64,000 bases of DNA from Vulcanimicrobiota bacterium (GCA_963733295.1 CAVTCS010000003.1:256001-320000); one strand, 5' to 3'; positions 19,052-28,823 are shown, numbered from the stretch's first letter. Made by a program: numbers and translations. Notes: generated from the letters alone by a model not told the origin.

Positions 19052-19502
19052 GGGTTTCGTCTCGCTCGCCTCGCAGCTGCGTGCGACGCAGACGCCATCC
19101 GACACCCCGGTCGTTCCCCCGCCGGCTCGCGCGACGCTCGGGAGCGAGCGTGTCGTCGAGGACCTCGCGCTGCTTCGATTGGCGGCCTTGGAGAGCTTCG
19201 AACGCGCGCGCGCCCGCATGCTCGAAGTACTCGCACGCGAAGTGCTCGCCCGCGAGCTCATGCTCGCCCCGGCCGACCTCGACGCGCTCGCCGCGCGAGC
19301 GCTGCGTACGTTCGCGGACAGCGAGCCGCTCGCGCTGGTCGTAGCGCCGGCCGACGCCGAGCGCGTTTCTTCGCCGCTTCCCGTACGCGTCGATCCCTCG
19401 CTGGTTGCCGGAGACCTCCTAATCGCCGTACGCGACGGCGAGATCGACGCGAGGTTCGAGTTGCGACTCAGCGAAGCGACGCGCGTCGCGGAGCTCAGCT
19501 GA
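19044..19502 (+). CDS. fliH: FliH/SctL-like protein (shortened)
   Basis: LAREVL.REL, V.PAD, DPSLVAGDLLI....GEIDAR; lies between fliF and fliI. Confidence 0.75.
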   Translation: MAEGFVSLASQLRATQTPSDTPVVPPPARATLGSERVVEDLALLRLAALESFERARARMLEVLAREVLARELMLAPADLDALAARALRTFADSEPLALVVAPADAERVSSPLPVRVDPSLVAGDLLIAVRDGEIDARFELRLSEATRVAELS

Positions 19503-19525
19503 TCGCGCGCGGCACCGGCGTCGTC

Positions 19526-20749
19526 GTGCGCACGCAGGGCGACGCGATTTTCGCCGCGTTGCCGCTAGCGAGAGTCGGTGACGGCGTGCGCATTCGCACA
19601 TCGCATGCGTGGCTTGACGGTGAAGTCGTCGCCGTCGAACGGCGGCGTACCGCGATCGTGACCTTCGCCGCGGCAACCGGCATCGCGGTAGGAGATCGCG
19701 TCGAAGTCGCGCCGGCGGCTCTCGCCTGCGTCGCGGGCTTCGGCGCGCTGGGCAGGGCGGTCGACGCGAATGGCCGGCCGCTCGACGGAAAAGGTCCGCT
19801 GCACGGCTCGGCGGTGCGCTTCGGTGCTTCGGCGGCGCCTTCGCCCGACGTTCGGCGCGCGGTGGATGCGCCGCTCTGGACCGGCCTGCGCGTCATCGAC
19901 GGGCTGTTGACCGTCGGCCGCGGGGCGCGCGTCGGTATTTTCGGTGCCGCCGGCACCGGCAAATCGGCGCTCTTGGAGAGCATCGCGCGCGGAGCACGAA
20001 GCGACGCACTCGTCATCGCGCTTGTCGGCGAACGCGGACGCGAAGCACAAACCTGGCTCGCGCGCGTGGACCCGCGCACGACGCTGGTGTGCGCGACCAG
20101 CGATCGCAGTCCGGCGGAACGCATTCGAGCTGCGGAGGTCGCGTTCGCGCAAGCGACCGCTCTACGCGCCGGCGGCTTGCACGTCACCCTCGTCTTCGAC
20201 AGCTTAGCGCGCTACGTCGATGCCTTGCGCGAGCAGCGCGTCGCCCTCGGCGAACCGGCCGGGCAGCGCGGCTATCCCGCCGGCGTGTGGCTCGCGCTGG
20301 CGCGATTACTCGAGCGAGCTGGAACGACGGAGCGCGGCTCGATCACGCTGCTGGCCACGGTTCTCGCCGAGAGCGGCGACGAAAGCGATCCGCTGGCCGA
20401 AGCGGCGCGCTCGCTGCTCGACGGACACATCGTCCTCTCGCGCGCGCGGGCGCAAGCCGGCCGGTTCCCCGCGGTCGACGTTTTGGCGAGTGCCAGCCGG
20501 ACGATGGCCGCCGTCGTCGACGGCGCGCACCTCGACGCGGCGGCACGGGTGCGTGCGACGCTCGCGCTCTTGGCGGAAAGTGAGGACTTTCGTGCAGCCG
20601 GCGTAGCCGACGCGAGCGATCCGACGTTGCGGCGCGCGCTAGAGGCCGAACCTGCGATCGAAGCTTTTCTCCGCCAGCGCGATCCGGAGGATCGCACGGC
20701 GGTGCTGACGGCGCTCGCCGCGCTCGCCCGGGAATGCGCCGGCGCATGA
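19526..20749 (+). CDS. fliI: FliI/SctN export ATPase
   Basis: Walker A GAAGTGKS, LVGERGRE, Walker B FDSLARY, LLERAG, LDGHIVLSR, FPAVDVLASASR. Confidence 0.93.
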   Translation: MRTQGDAIFAALPLARVGDGVRIRTSHAWLDGEVVAVERRRTAIVTFAAATGIAVGDRVEVAPAALACVAGFGALGRAVDANGRPLDGKGPLHGSAVRFGASAAPSPDVRRAVDAPLWTGLRVIDGLLTVGRGARVGIFGAAGTGKSALLESIARGARSDALVIALVGERGREAQTWLARVDPRTTLVCATSDRSPAERIRAAEVAFAQATALRAGGLHVTLVFDSLARYVDALREQRVALGEPAGQRGYPAGVWLALARLLERAGTTERGSITLLATVLAESGDESDPLAEAARSLLDGHIVLSRARAQAGRFPAVDVLASASRTMAAVVDGAHLDAAARVRATLALLAESEDFRAAGVADASDPTLRRALEAEPAIEAFLRQRDPEDRTAVLTALAALARECAGA

Positions 20750-21237
20750 CGGTCGGACAAGATCTTGCCGCGACCGAGCGGCGCGTCGCGCAGCTCGGCG
20801 GCGATTTACCGAGTCCTCCCGTTCCCGCCGTCTTCACGCGCGCGGTGCACGGTTCGCTTGCGGCGCTGATCCGGCGCGAGGCGCTCGCGGCGGGCGTCGA
20901 TCCGGCGCTGATAAGCGCCGTGGTCGCGAACGAATCGGGCTTCGATCCGTCCGCCACATCGAGGGCGGGTGCGGCAGGCCTCATGCAGCTCATGCCCGCG
21001 ACCGCCGCCGCGCTGGGTGTCACGGACCGGTACGACCCCGTGCAGAACGTGCGAGGTGGTGCCACGTATCTGCGCTCCCTCATCGAACGCTTCGGAGCCG
21101 ACCTTCCCACCGCGCTGGCGGCGTACAACGCCGGCCCCGGCACGGTCGAACGCCGGCGCGGGCTGCCCCCGTTTCCCGAAACGCAGCGCTACGTGGAGCG
21201 CGTCCTGGCAACGTACCACCGTCTTTTGCGTCGCTAG
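20746..21237 (+). CDS. Lytic transglycosylase (SLT domain)
   Basis: AVVANESGFDP.A.S.AGAAGLMQLMP, ALAAYNAGPG, PPFPETQRYV. Confidence 0.93.
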   Translation: MTVGQDLAATERRVAQLGGDLPSPPVPAVFTRAVHGSLAALIRREALAAGVDPALISAVVANESGFDPSATSRAGAAGLMQLMPATAAALGVTDRYDPVQNVRGGATYLRSLIERFGADLPTALAAYNAGPGTVERRRGLPPFPETQRYVERVLATYHRLLRR

Positions 21238-22771
21238 TCTCGCGCTCGCGCTGCTCGTTCCGGCCGGCAGTGCCGGCGCCCCCGCTGACCAGCCGGTTTC
21301 ACTGAACGAGATTCTCGCGAACTACCTTCGCGCGACGACCGACCCGGGCGCAGCCCCGATCGTGCGCCTCGAGTCGAGCGGGACGGTCACTGGAGCGGGT
21401 CTGGGCGGCTCCTTTCATACGTGGATCGATGGAAACGACGAGCGTGACGATCAAAGCTTGGGTCCGCGTTTTGATTCGGTGCTGCGGCTCAACGACGAAG
21501 TGTACGACCGCGACGCGAACGGGGCGGTCCGGCGTTTCACCGGCTTGATGTTGCGCCGGACCCGGACCGACCGCTTCATCGATTCGGGCGACTTTGCCAA
21601 GGTTCCAGAACGCGTGACCTTGCGCGGGCGCACGAACCTGTCGGGCCGGCGCGCCTTCATACTCGACGTGAACGCGGAAGGAGGCGAGGTGGAAACGCTC
21701 TATCTCGACGCCGAGAGTTGGTTACCGCTCCAAATCGCGTACGACGACGACGACGGTCGAACCACGATCGATCTTTCGGACTGGCGCAGCGTCGGCGGCC
21801 ACCGTTTTCCATTCCGCTCGATTCAATCCGACGGGGATCACGCGTACGATCTCACCCAGACGACTTCCGAGATGAAACTCGAGGGTCCGATCGATGCGGC
21901 GATCTTCGTGCTGCCGCAATCGCGTCCGATCGCAATGAGCGGGCCCCAAACGGTCCCCATTAAGCTCCGCAACGGGCATCTGTTCGCGCCGGTGAGCATC
22001 GCCGGAAAGACGTATTCGTTCCTGCTCGACACTGGCGCGCAAGATATCGTGCTCGACGCGCGCATCGCGCGCGAGGCGGGCCTTGAAGCCGAGGGCGCGC
22101 TGGAAGCGAGCGGCGCGACGCGAACCAGCGGCCTGAAAGTGCTGAGGGTTCCCGAGCTCGACGTGGGCGACGGGCGCATGCGCGACCTTGTCGCAACGAG
22201 CCTCGATCTGAACGCGTCGAGCAACGGCGCATTCAAGATCGACGGTATTCTCGGCTACCCGTTCTTCGCTGCGGCCACGGTACGCATCGATCCGGTCGCT
22301 ATGACGATGACCTTCGGGCCTCCCGGCAGCGTTCCGGTCGTCGGCGACGCTTTGCCGATCGAGACGGATCGTGCTTTTCCGGAAGCGCACGCGCGCTTGA
22401 ACACGGCGGTCGACGGCCTCTTCATCGTCGATACCGGAAACGCCGGATCGATGCTCCTTTACGCGCCGTTCTTCGCGAAGCACTCCGCCCTGGTCGACCC
22501 GCCCACGACGTGGCGTCAAAATTACGGGATCGGCGGTGCGACCGGTTCGATGGCGGCGAACATGAACACCGTCGAGTTCGGCGGCGTTTCGCTCTACCAC
22601 GTCGACACCGACATCATGCGCTCGAAGAGCGGCGCCTTTGCCGACCAGTTCGATGCGGGAAACCTCGGACTCGGCATCCTGCTCAACTTCGTCGTGACGT
22701 TCGACGAGAGCCGCAACGCGATGTATCTGCAGAAGAGCTCGGCTTTCGACGACGGCCGCTCGAAGCACTGA
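21221..22771 (+). CDS. Exported retropepsin-like aspartyl protease with two DTG lobes
   Basis: Signal-peptide-like N-terminus, FLLDTGA...DGILG and FIVDTGN...GNLG motifs; start codon uncertain. Confidence 0.8.
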   Translation, partial: VFCVASLALALLVPAGSAGAPADQPVSLNEILANYLRATTDPGAAPIVRLESSGTVTGAGLGGSFHTWIDGNDERDDQSLGPRFDSVLRLNDEVYDRDANGAVRRFTGLMLRRTRTDRFIDSGDFAKVPERVTLRGRTNLSGRRAFILDVNAEGGEVETLYLDAESWLPLQIAYDDDDGRTTIDLSDWRSVGGHRFPFRSIQSDGDHAYDLTQTTSEMKLEGPIDAAIFVLPQSRPIAMSGPQTVPIKLRNGHLFAPVSIAGKTYSFLLDTGAQDIVLDARIAREAGLEAEGALEASGATRTSGLKVLRVPELDVGDGRMRDLVATSLDLNASSNGAFKIDGILGYPFFAAATVRIDPVAMTMTFGPPGSVPVVGDALPIETDRAFPEAHARLNTAVDGLFIVDTGNAGSMLLYAPFFAKHSALVDPPTTWRQNYGIGGATGSMAANMNTVEFGGVSLYHVDTDIMRSKSGAFADQFDAGNLGLGILLNFVVTFDESRNAMYLQKSSAFDDGRSKH

Positions 22772-22857
22772 GGCTCGTTCATTTTGGCGTAACGGTTCGG
22801 CGATGCGTCGGGAATCTCGGCGCGATATCGTCCCTTCACTTCGTGTGAGGACGACCG

Positions 22858-23400
22858 ATGACTGTTGCCAACGACATCGCCGCGGTACGCGCGCGGCTCC
22901 CATACTTCGATCGCCGCGCGCTCTCGCAGGCCTGGTTCTCCGCCTTTCATCTGGCGAGCGACGCGACGCCGCCGGCGGCCGTCAAACACGCCTTCGCCAT
23001 CTGCGAAGGCGCCTCGGGCGGCCCGCTTCCGCGAAACGCGACGTTCCAGCGCCGGACGCCGAGCCTCGTCCCTTTCGCCGTCCCCAGACCTGTGCGGTGG
23101 CTCGAGGGCGTGGGCGCGAGTCGGCCGGCGGATCCGGCGCGCCGGGGCGAACGCGTCGCGACGCACTTTGAAGCTGCGCGGCGCTTCCCGCCGCTGCGCG
23201 CGAGCTTTACGATTGCGATCGAGGGCGCGCGCGTCCAGATCTTGTTGCGGCGCGAGGGTCAAGCCTTACACGTCGTGGCGCTGTGCACGCGGCGCCATCT
23301 CGAACTGGTGCGCCGAGCTCTGGCGTGCGCCGGCTTCGCACTGCGTGCGCAAGGCGAGGAGGTGCGCTCGTCGCTGCGCGCGTCGCAGGTGTCCGAGTGA
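22858..23400 (+). CDS. Short FliK-like (hook-length control C-terminal domain) protein, putative
   Basis: C-terminal GARVQILLRREGQALHVVALC....ELVRRAL....FALRAQG pattern resembles the FliK T3S4 domain; located in the flagellar operon. Confidence 0.5.
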   Translation: MTVANDIAAVRARLPYFDRRALSQAWFSAFHLASDATPPAAVKHAFAICEGASGGPLPRNATFQRRTPSLVPFAVPRPVRWLEGVGASRPADPARRGERVATHFEAARRFPPLRASFTIAIEGARVQILLRREGQALHVVALCTRRHLELVRRALACAGFALRAQGEEVRSSLRASQVSE

Positions 23401-24116
23401 TCGACGCGACGACCGCCGACGCCCTGTCGCGCGTCGCGAGCCGCGCGCGGGACCTCCTGCAAGCCTATCGCGGCGGTTTCGAACCGGCGGCCGGCGACGC
23501 CACGATTCGCGGAACTGCTTCCGCTCCGGCTCTCGATCCGCTGAGCGTCGTCGCGCCCGAAGGAACGTTTTTCGTCACCCGCGCCACCAGCGGAGCGCCG
23601 CTTCTCTCGCGCGACGGCACGTTCGGATTCGTCGACGGCGAGTTGCGCAGCTCGGACGGCGGCGTCGCGCTCGGTACGACCGACGCGACGAAGACCTTGC
23701 GGCCGCTGCGAATCGAACCCGTTGACGCGGCGCTCGGTCGCGTGACGGCGCCGCGCATCGAGGCCGACGGCAGCGTCTGCTATACGCGCAGCAGCTTCGA
23801 TCCGCGCAACGGCGAGCGGCGCAGCGAGCGCGTTTCAATCGGCCGATTGACGCTGACGCGATTGCCCGCCGGAACGCTTCCCGAACGCGTCGACGCAACC
23901 CACGTGCGCGCGCCGCGCGGAGTTTTGCCGCTCGTCGGACACCCTTCCGATGGGACGTTCGCGCCGCTCACGCTGCACGCTCGCGACCTCGGACGATTGA
24001 ACGTCGTGGCCGGACTGCAGCGCCTTGCGGAGGCGTACCTCTCGCTCGAAGCGCTCCTTTCGGCGCATCACGCCCGGGGTGGAACCGACAAGGCGGCGAT
24101 GGACTTGGTGAAGTGA
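23397..24116 (+). CDS. FlgF/FlgG-like rod protein (degenerate)
   Basis: DPLSVVAPEGTFFV......LLSRDGTFGFVDGEL.SSDG matches the rod/hook motif (PLDLAI.G.GFF.V...YTRDG.F); C-terminal coiled helix. Confidence 0.7.
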   Translation: MIDATTADALSRVASRARDLLQAYRGGFEPAAGDATIRGTASAPALDPLSVVAPEGTFFVTRATSGAPLLSRDGTFGFVDGELRSSDGGVALGTTDATKTLRPLRIEPVDAALGRVTAPRIEADGSVCYTRSSFDPRNGERRSERVSIGRLTLTRLPAGTLPERVDATHVRAPRGVLPLVGHPSDGTFAPLTLHARDLGRLNVVAGLQRLAEAYLSLEALLSAHHARGGTDKAAMDLVK

Positions 24117-24904
24117 TCGCAGCGCTGCGTTTCGGCGCGGCCCGCGCGGAGGGCGGCCGGCAGCTCCGTCCTGCGTTCTTTGCGCTTCGTTCGACGCTGC
24201 CGCTTTCGGCGGCGAGCGTCGTCGCAAACGGCGTTCGCGAGAGCTTGGGGCGGTTGCTCGGCCGCGAATGCGAAGTCGAACTGCTCGAACCGGTCGTGCC
24301 CGGACCCGACGAACGCCGCGTGCTCGCCGGCGGGGCGCTCGTGCGCCGGGTTCGTGGCCGCCGAGCCGACGGTTTTGTGATCTTACGCGCCGCCGACGCC
24401 GCGAAGCTCGCCGGACTCGCGTTCGGAGAACCGCATCGTCCGCTCGCGGCGCCCCTGTCGGAACTCGAGCGAGAGACGCTGGATCGCGTGCTGGCGGTCC
24501 TCGTTCCGTTGTGCGCGTCGCTGTGCGGCACGCTCGGCCCCGCCGAACGCGACGCCGGCGACGTCGCTGCGGAAATCGCAAGTTACTTCGAGGTACGGAC
24601 GCTGGGCTCGCCGCGCATTGCCGTCGGCTTCGGCCTTAGCCTCGATCCGCCGGAGGAGGCCGGCCCTCCACTGACGCTCGACGATCTCGGCGACGTCGAA
24701 GTTTCGGGCAGCGTGCGCTTCGCAATCGGAGCGCTCCCGGTACCGCGATTCGCGCGGCTCGCGTGCGGTGCCGTGCTGCCGCTCGAAACGCAACTCGACG
24801 CACCCGCGCTGCTCTGCGTAGGCGGGACTCCCGTCGCGCGCGGCGAGGCGGGCTCGAGCGGCGGTAGCCGCGCGTTCGCCGTTCGCTCGCGCTGCGCGTC
24901 GTGA
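24113..24904 (+). CDS. FliM-like C-ring protein (SpoA C-terminal domain, degenerate)
   Basis: AFGE....PLSELERETL, C-terminal SpoA-like LACGAVLPL...L.VGG.PVARGEAG; precedes fliN. Confidence 0.65.
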   Translation: MIAALRFGAARAEGGRQLRPAFFALRSTLPLSAASVVANGVRESLGRLLGRECEVELLEPVVPGPDERRVLAGGALVRRVRGRRADGFVILRAADAAKLAGLAFGEPHRPLAAPLSELERETLDRVLAVLVPLCASLCGTLGPAERDAGDVAAEIASYFEVRTLGSPRIAVGFGLSLDPPEEAGPPLTLDDLGDVEVSGSVRFAIGALPVPRFARLACGAVLPLETQLDAPALLCVGGTPVARGEAGSSGGSRAFAVRSRCAS

Positions 24905-25170
24905 GCGAGGGCGATGAGACGCACCGTCTCGAGCTCTTGATGAACGTTCCGCTGGCGGTCACGGCCGAACTCGGACGCTGCACCCTGCGCATCAGCGAAT
25001 TGCTCAAACTCGGCGCAGGTTCGATCGTCCAGCTCGACCGCGCGGCCGGTGCCCCGGTCGACGTGCTGGTGAACAACCGGCTCGTCGCGCACGGCGAGGT
25101 GATCGCCGTCGACGACCGGTTCGGCGTGCGGATCACCGACGTCGTCGCACGCCGTACGCAGAGCTCGTAG
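24901..25170 (+). CDS. fliN: Flagellar motor switch protein FliN
   Basis: LLMNVPLAVTAELGR, GSIVQLDRAAGAPVDVLVN, GEVIAVDDRFGVRI. Confidence 0.95.
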   Translation: MSEGDETHRLELLMNVPLAVTAELGRCTLRISELLKLGAGSIVQLDRAAGAPVDVLVNNRLVAHGEVIAVDDRFGVRITDVVARRTQSS

Positions 25171-25171
25171 A

Positions 25172-25831
25172 GTGTTCGCCTTCACCTCGCTCGAACACGC
25201 CGCGCGTCCGGGCTTACCGCTCGAGATCTTGGGCGCGCTCACCCTGCTCGCCATCGCACCCTTCCTCTTCGTGATGACGACCTCGTTCGTTCGCATTGCG
25301 GTCGTCCTGTCGCTCGTGCGTTCGGCGCTCGGCGCTTCGTCGCTCCCGCCGAACGCCGTCCTCACGGGCCTCGCACTCGTGCTGACCTTCGTCGTCATGA
25401 CGCCGACCCTCGAGCGCGTTTCGCGCGAGGCCGTCACGCCGTACGTCGCGGGTCGAATCTCGCAGACGCGCATGCTCGAACGCGCCTTCGTTCCTTTGCG
25501 CGATTTCATGCTGCGTCAAACTCACGCCAAGGATCTCGCGCTCTTCGGCCGGCTCGCTCACGCGCGCGACCTGACCGCGCGGAACGTCTCGCCGGCGGTG
25601 CTTTTGCCGGCCTTCGTCGTGGGCGAGCTGCGCAGCGCGTTCGCAATCGGCTTCGCGCTCTACCTCCCGTTCATCGCCATCGATCTCGCCGTCGCCTCGA
25701 TTTTGATGGGCCTCGGGATGTTCATGTTGAGTCCGCCGATCGTCTCGTTGCCTTGCAAGCTGCTGCTTTTCGTAATGCTCGACGGCTGGGCGCTGGTCTG
25801 CGGCGGAGTCGTCTCGAGCTTTCGCTCGTAA
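25172..25831 (+). CDS. fliP: Flagellar export gate protein FliP
   Basis: MTTSFVRIAVVLS, PPNAVLTGLAL, LLPAFVVGEL, PFIAIDL, SLPCKLLLFVMLDGW. Confidence 0.95.
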   Translation: MFAFTSLEHAARPGLPLEILGALTLLAIAPFLFVMTTSFVRIAVVLSLVRSALGASSLPPNAVLTGLALVLTFVVMTPTLERVSREAVTPYVAGRISQTRMLERAFVPLRDFMLRQTHAKDLALFGRLAHARDLTARNVSPAVLLPAFVVGELRSAFAIGFALYLPFIAIDLAVASILMGLGMFMLSPPIVSLPCKLLLFVMLDGWALVCGGVVSSFRS

Positions 25832-25866
25832 GGTACCCACGGGGTCGCGCACGAAGCTACGGGAGG

Positions 25867-26763
25867 ATGAAGGTCGGCGAAGTCCTCCGCGTAGGACGCC
25901 CATGTTTCTCGTTCGAGTTCTTTCCTCCGAAAACTGATGCCGGGGTGGAGACGCTGCTGGAGACGATTCGCTCGCTGCGGATCCTCAATCCGGCTTTCGT
26001 TTCGGTAACCTACGGCGCCGGCGGTTCGACGCGCGCGCGGACCTTCGAGGTCGCCCGGCGCATCAAGTCGGAACTCGAGATCGAGGTGCTCGCGCACGTG
26101 ACCTGCGTCGGTAGCACTCGCGAAGAGCTGCGTGGCATATTTCGCGACTTTCGCGAGGCGGGAATCGAGAACGTCATGGCGCTGCGCGGCGACCCTCCGA
26201 AGGGTGAAGCGCGCTTCGAGGTCACGCCCGGGGGGTTACGCTACGCCTCCGAGTTGATCGAGATGCTCGCGAGCGAGTTCGAATTCGACATCGGCGGTGC
26301 GGCCTATCCGGAGGTTCATCCGGAGGCGGAAAGTGCACAGAGCGACCTCGACGCCGCCCGGCGGAAAGTGCGCGCCGGTGCGACCTTCCTTACGACGCAG
26401 ATGTTTTTCGACAACGAGGCTTACTTCAGTTTCGTGCAGCGGGCGCGCGCGGCCGGGATCGAAGTGCCGATCGTGGCGGGCCTCATGCCGATCACGAACT
26501 ACGATCAGATCGCGCGCTTTACGAAGATGTGTGGGACGCGCATCCCGCAAACGCTCCTCGCCGAACTCGAAGCGCGCTCCGAAGAGCCGGACGCCGTCGA
26601 AGCTCTCGGCGTCGCATACTGCGCGCTGCAGTGCGTCGAGCTGCTCTCCCGCGGCGTTCCCGGCATCCACTTCTACACGCTGAACAAGTCGCCGGCAACG
26701 CGCGCGGTGGTCTCGGCCTTGATCGCATCGCGCACGAGTAACGCGCTGCTCGCACCGACGTAA
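25867..26763 (+). CDS. metF: 5,10-methylenetetrahydrofolate reductase
   Basis: SFEFFPPKT, FVSVTYGAGGSTR, ALRGDPP, AAYPEVHPE, GIHFYTLN. Confidence 0.97.
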   Translation: MKVGEVLRVGRPCFSFEFFPPKTDAGVETLLETIRSLRILNPAFVSVTYGAGGSTRARTFEVARRIKSELEIEVLAHVTCVGSTREELRGIFRDFREAGIENVMALRGDPPKGEARFEVTPGGLRYASELIEMLASEFEFDIGGAAYPEVHPEAESAQSDLDAARRKVRAGATFLTTQMFFDNEAYFSFVQRARAAGIEVPIVAGLMPITNYDQIARFTKMCGTRIPQTLLAELEARSEEPDAVEALGVAYCALQCVELLSRGVPGIHFYTLNKSPATRAVVSALIASRTSNALLAPT

Positions 26764-26786
26764 CAGCTTCGGCGTACGATCCCGGC

Positions 26787-27056
26787 GTGGATGCGCTGGA
26801 ATCGATCGTGCGCGAAGCGCTGCTGCTCGCGGCAGTTCTTTGTTTCCCGGTGCTGATCGTCGCGACCGCGATCGGGACGTTGGTCGCGGTGTTGCAGGCG
26901 GCCACGCAAGTTCAAGAGCAAACTTTGACCCTTCTGCCGAAGATGCTCGCGGTCGGCGCCGTCGTCGCGCTCTTCGGCCGCTTCGCCCTTGGCGCGTGCG
27001 CGGCGCTCTTCGTCGACGCGATAAACCGGTTGCCTTCGATCGTTCGCGGACTCTGA
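26787..27056 (+). CDS. fliQ: Flagellar export gate protein FliQ
   Basis: LVAVLQAATQVQEQTLTLLPK. Confidence 0.95.
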   Translation: MDALESIVREALLLAAVLCFPVLIVATAIGTLVAVLQAATQVQEQTLTLLPKMLAVGAVVALFGRFALGACAALFVDAINRLPSIVRGL

Positions 27057-27060
27057 GCGC

Positions 27061-27777
27061 GTGAATGGCGCTGGCGCGCTCGTCTTCGCGCGCTGCCTCG
27101 GTTTCGTGTTCCGAGCGCCGGGCTTCTCGCATCCCGCCGTTCCGCCGCCGCTCCGCGCCGGATTCGCCTACGTGCTCGCGCTGGCGCTCGGCGCACCCTA
27201 TGCGCGACACGCGGTTTCGCCGGCGCAGCTGACCTACGGCGTCGTTACGGAATTCGCACTCGGCGCGGCGATCGGCACGGCCGCCTCGATGCTCTACGAC
27301 GGCGCCTACTCCGGCGGACGCGCGCTCGACGATTACGTCGGCATCCACGCGAGCGTTCCAACGGCCAGCGTTGCGGCCGGCGCGGGCTTCGGGCGTCTGT
27401 GGTCGCTGGCGTTCACGGCCGCGTTCTTCGCGTTCGGTGGCGATCGCGTCGCGCTCACCGGGTTTGCAGAAACGCTGCAGGCGCTTCCGCCGGGAGCGCT
27501 CGTTCAGTCGCGCGAGCTCGCGACCTTCGCGTTGACGTTGCCCGCGACGCTGCTCCGTGCGGCGCTCTTCGTCGCCGGTCCCGCGCTCGCGTTTGCGCTC
27601 GTCGTGCAAGTCGGGTTGGCAGCTGCGTCCCGAGTCGTGCCGCGACTCTCGACGTTCACGCTCGCTTTCCCACTCGTTTTCGCGGCCGTGCTGGTCGCGA
27701 CGCTGGCCGCGATTCCGCTGGTGTTGCCGGCGGCCGCATCTCCCTGGTGGGATCTCTCCGCATTCTCGGCGCGCTGA
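27061..27777 (+). CDS. fliR: Flagellar export gate protein FliR
   Basis: LVFARCLG....PGFS...VP..LR, EFALGAAIG, SRVVPRL..F.LAFP; fliQ-fliR-flhB-flhA order. Confidence 0.88.
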   Translation: MNGAGALVFARCLGFVFRAPGFSHPAVPPPLRAGFAYVLALALGAPYARHAVSPAQLTYGVVTEFALGAAIGTAASMLYDGAYSGGRALDDYVGIHASVPTASVAAGAGFGRLWSLAFTAAFFAFGGDRVALTGFAETLQALPPGALVQSRELATFALTLPATLLRAALFVAGPALAFALVVQVGLAAASRVVPRLSTFTLAFPLVFAAVLVATLAAIPLVLPAAASPWWDLSAFSAR

Positions 27778-27815
27778 CGCTCCTTGGTCTGAGCCGCTAA
27801 AGTGCGCTGTCACTA

Positions 27816-28823
27816 ATGGCCGAAACGAAACCGTTCGAAGCGACTGCGTCGCGGCTCGAACGCGCGCGGCGGGAAGGCGACGTTCTGCGTTCGAGCGACC
27901 TCGCGGCGGTCGCGGCGCTGGGATCGGCGTTCGCCGTTTTGCCGCTCGTGCTCGAGCCGCTCGCCGCGGCGGCTCGCGTGGCGTTGTTCGCAGCCGCTCG
28001 CGGCGGACCGCCGCCCGCGCGCACGTACGCCGAGATGGCGGCGCTGGCGGCGTGCGTTCCGGCGGCGGCGATCGCCGGTGCAACGGTGGCGAACGTGCTG
28101 CCGGCGGGGGGTCTCAGCGTGCGGTTTCCGGCGCCGAAGTTCGAGCGACTCGATCCGCGCAGCGGTTTGCGCCGGTTGTTCTCGCCCGACGCGCTCGTTG
28201 CTGCGCTCAAAGCCTTCGTTGCCACGACGGCGCTCGCGCTCGCGTTGCTTCCGGTCGCATGGGAAGCGCTGGCCGGTGACGGCGCGACGGCGCCCGCGCG
28301 TTTGGCGGCTCAAACGTTCGGGGCGATCGAACGCAGCGTTGCCGTTGCGATCGCGGCCGGCTCGGCATTCGCATGGATCGACTTGTTGATCGAGCGAACG
28401 AAGCGGCGCCGGCGCCTGCGCATGTCGTTCGAAGAACTCAAGCGCGACCGCAAACAAAGCGAAGGCGATCCGGGTTTGCGTGGCCGCCGTCGCCAAGCGC
28501 ACCGCGCGCTGTCTGCGGGCTCGCTGCGCCGCTTGCCCGAAGCGGCGCTCGTCGTCGCAAACCCGTCGCACATCGCCGTCGCGCTCGCCTACCGGCCGCC
28601 GGAGATTCCGGTTCCGCGCGTTCTCATACGCGCCGCCGACGAAACGGCGCAGCTCGTCAAACGGCGGGCGCAGCAACTCGGGATTCCCTTGATCGAAGAC
28701 GTCGCGCTCGCCCGTTCGCTCTTCGCCAACACGCGACCCGGCGATTACATTCCGCGCGAGGCCTACGTTGCGGTCGCTACGATCGTGGCCGCGCTGTTGC
28801 GAAGCGGAGTAGTGCGCGCGTGA
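27816..28823 (+). CDS. flhB: Export switch protein FlhB/SctU
   Basis: KPFEATASRLERARREGDV, LRMSFEELKRDRKQSEGDP, autocleavage site NPSH. Confidence 0.93.
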   Translation: MAETKPFEATASRLERARREGDVLRSSDLAAVAALGSAFAVLPLVLEPLAAAARVALFAAARGGPPPARTYAEMAALAACVPAAAIAGATVANVLPAGGLSVRFPAPKFERLDPRSGLRRLFSPDALVAALKAFVATTALALALLPVAWEALAGDGATAPARLAAQTFGAIERSVAVAIAAGSAFAWIDLLIERTKRRRRLRMSFEELKRDRKQSEGDPGLRGRRRQAHRALSAGSLRRLPEAALVVANPSHIAVALAYRPPEIPVPRVLIRAADETAQLVKRRAQQLGIPLIEDVALARSLFANTRPGDYIPREAYVAVATIVAALLRSGVVRA

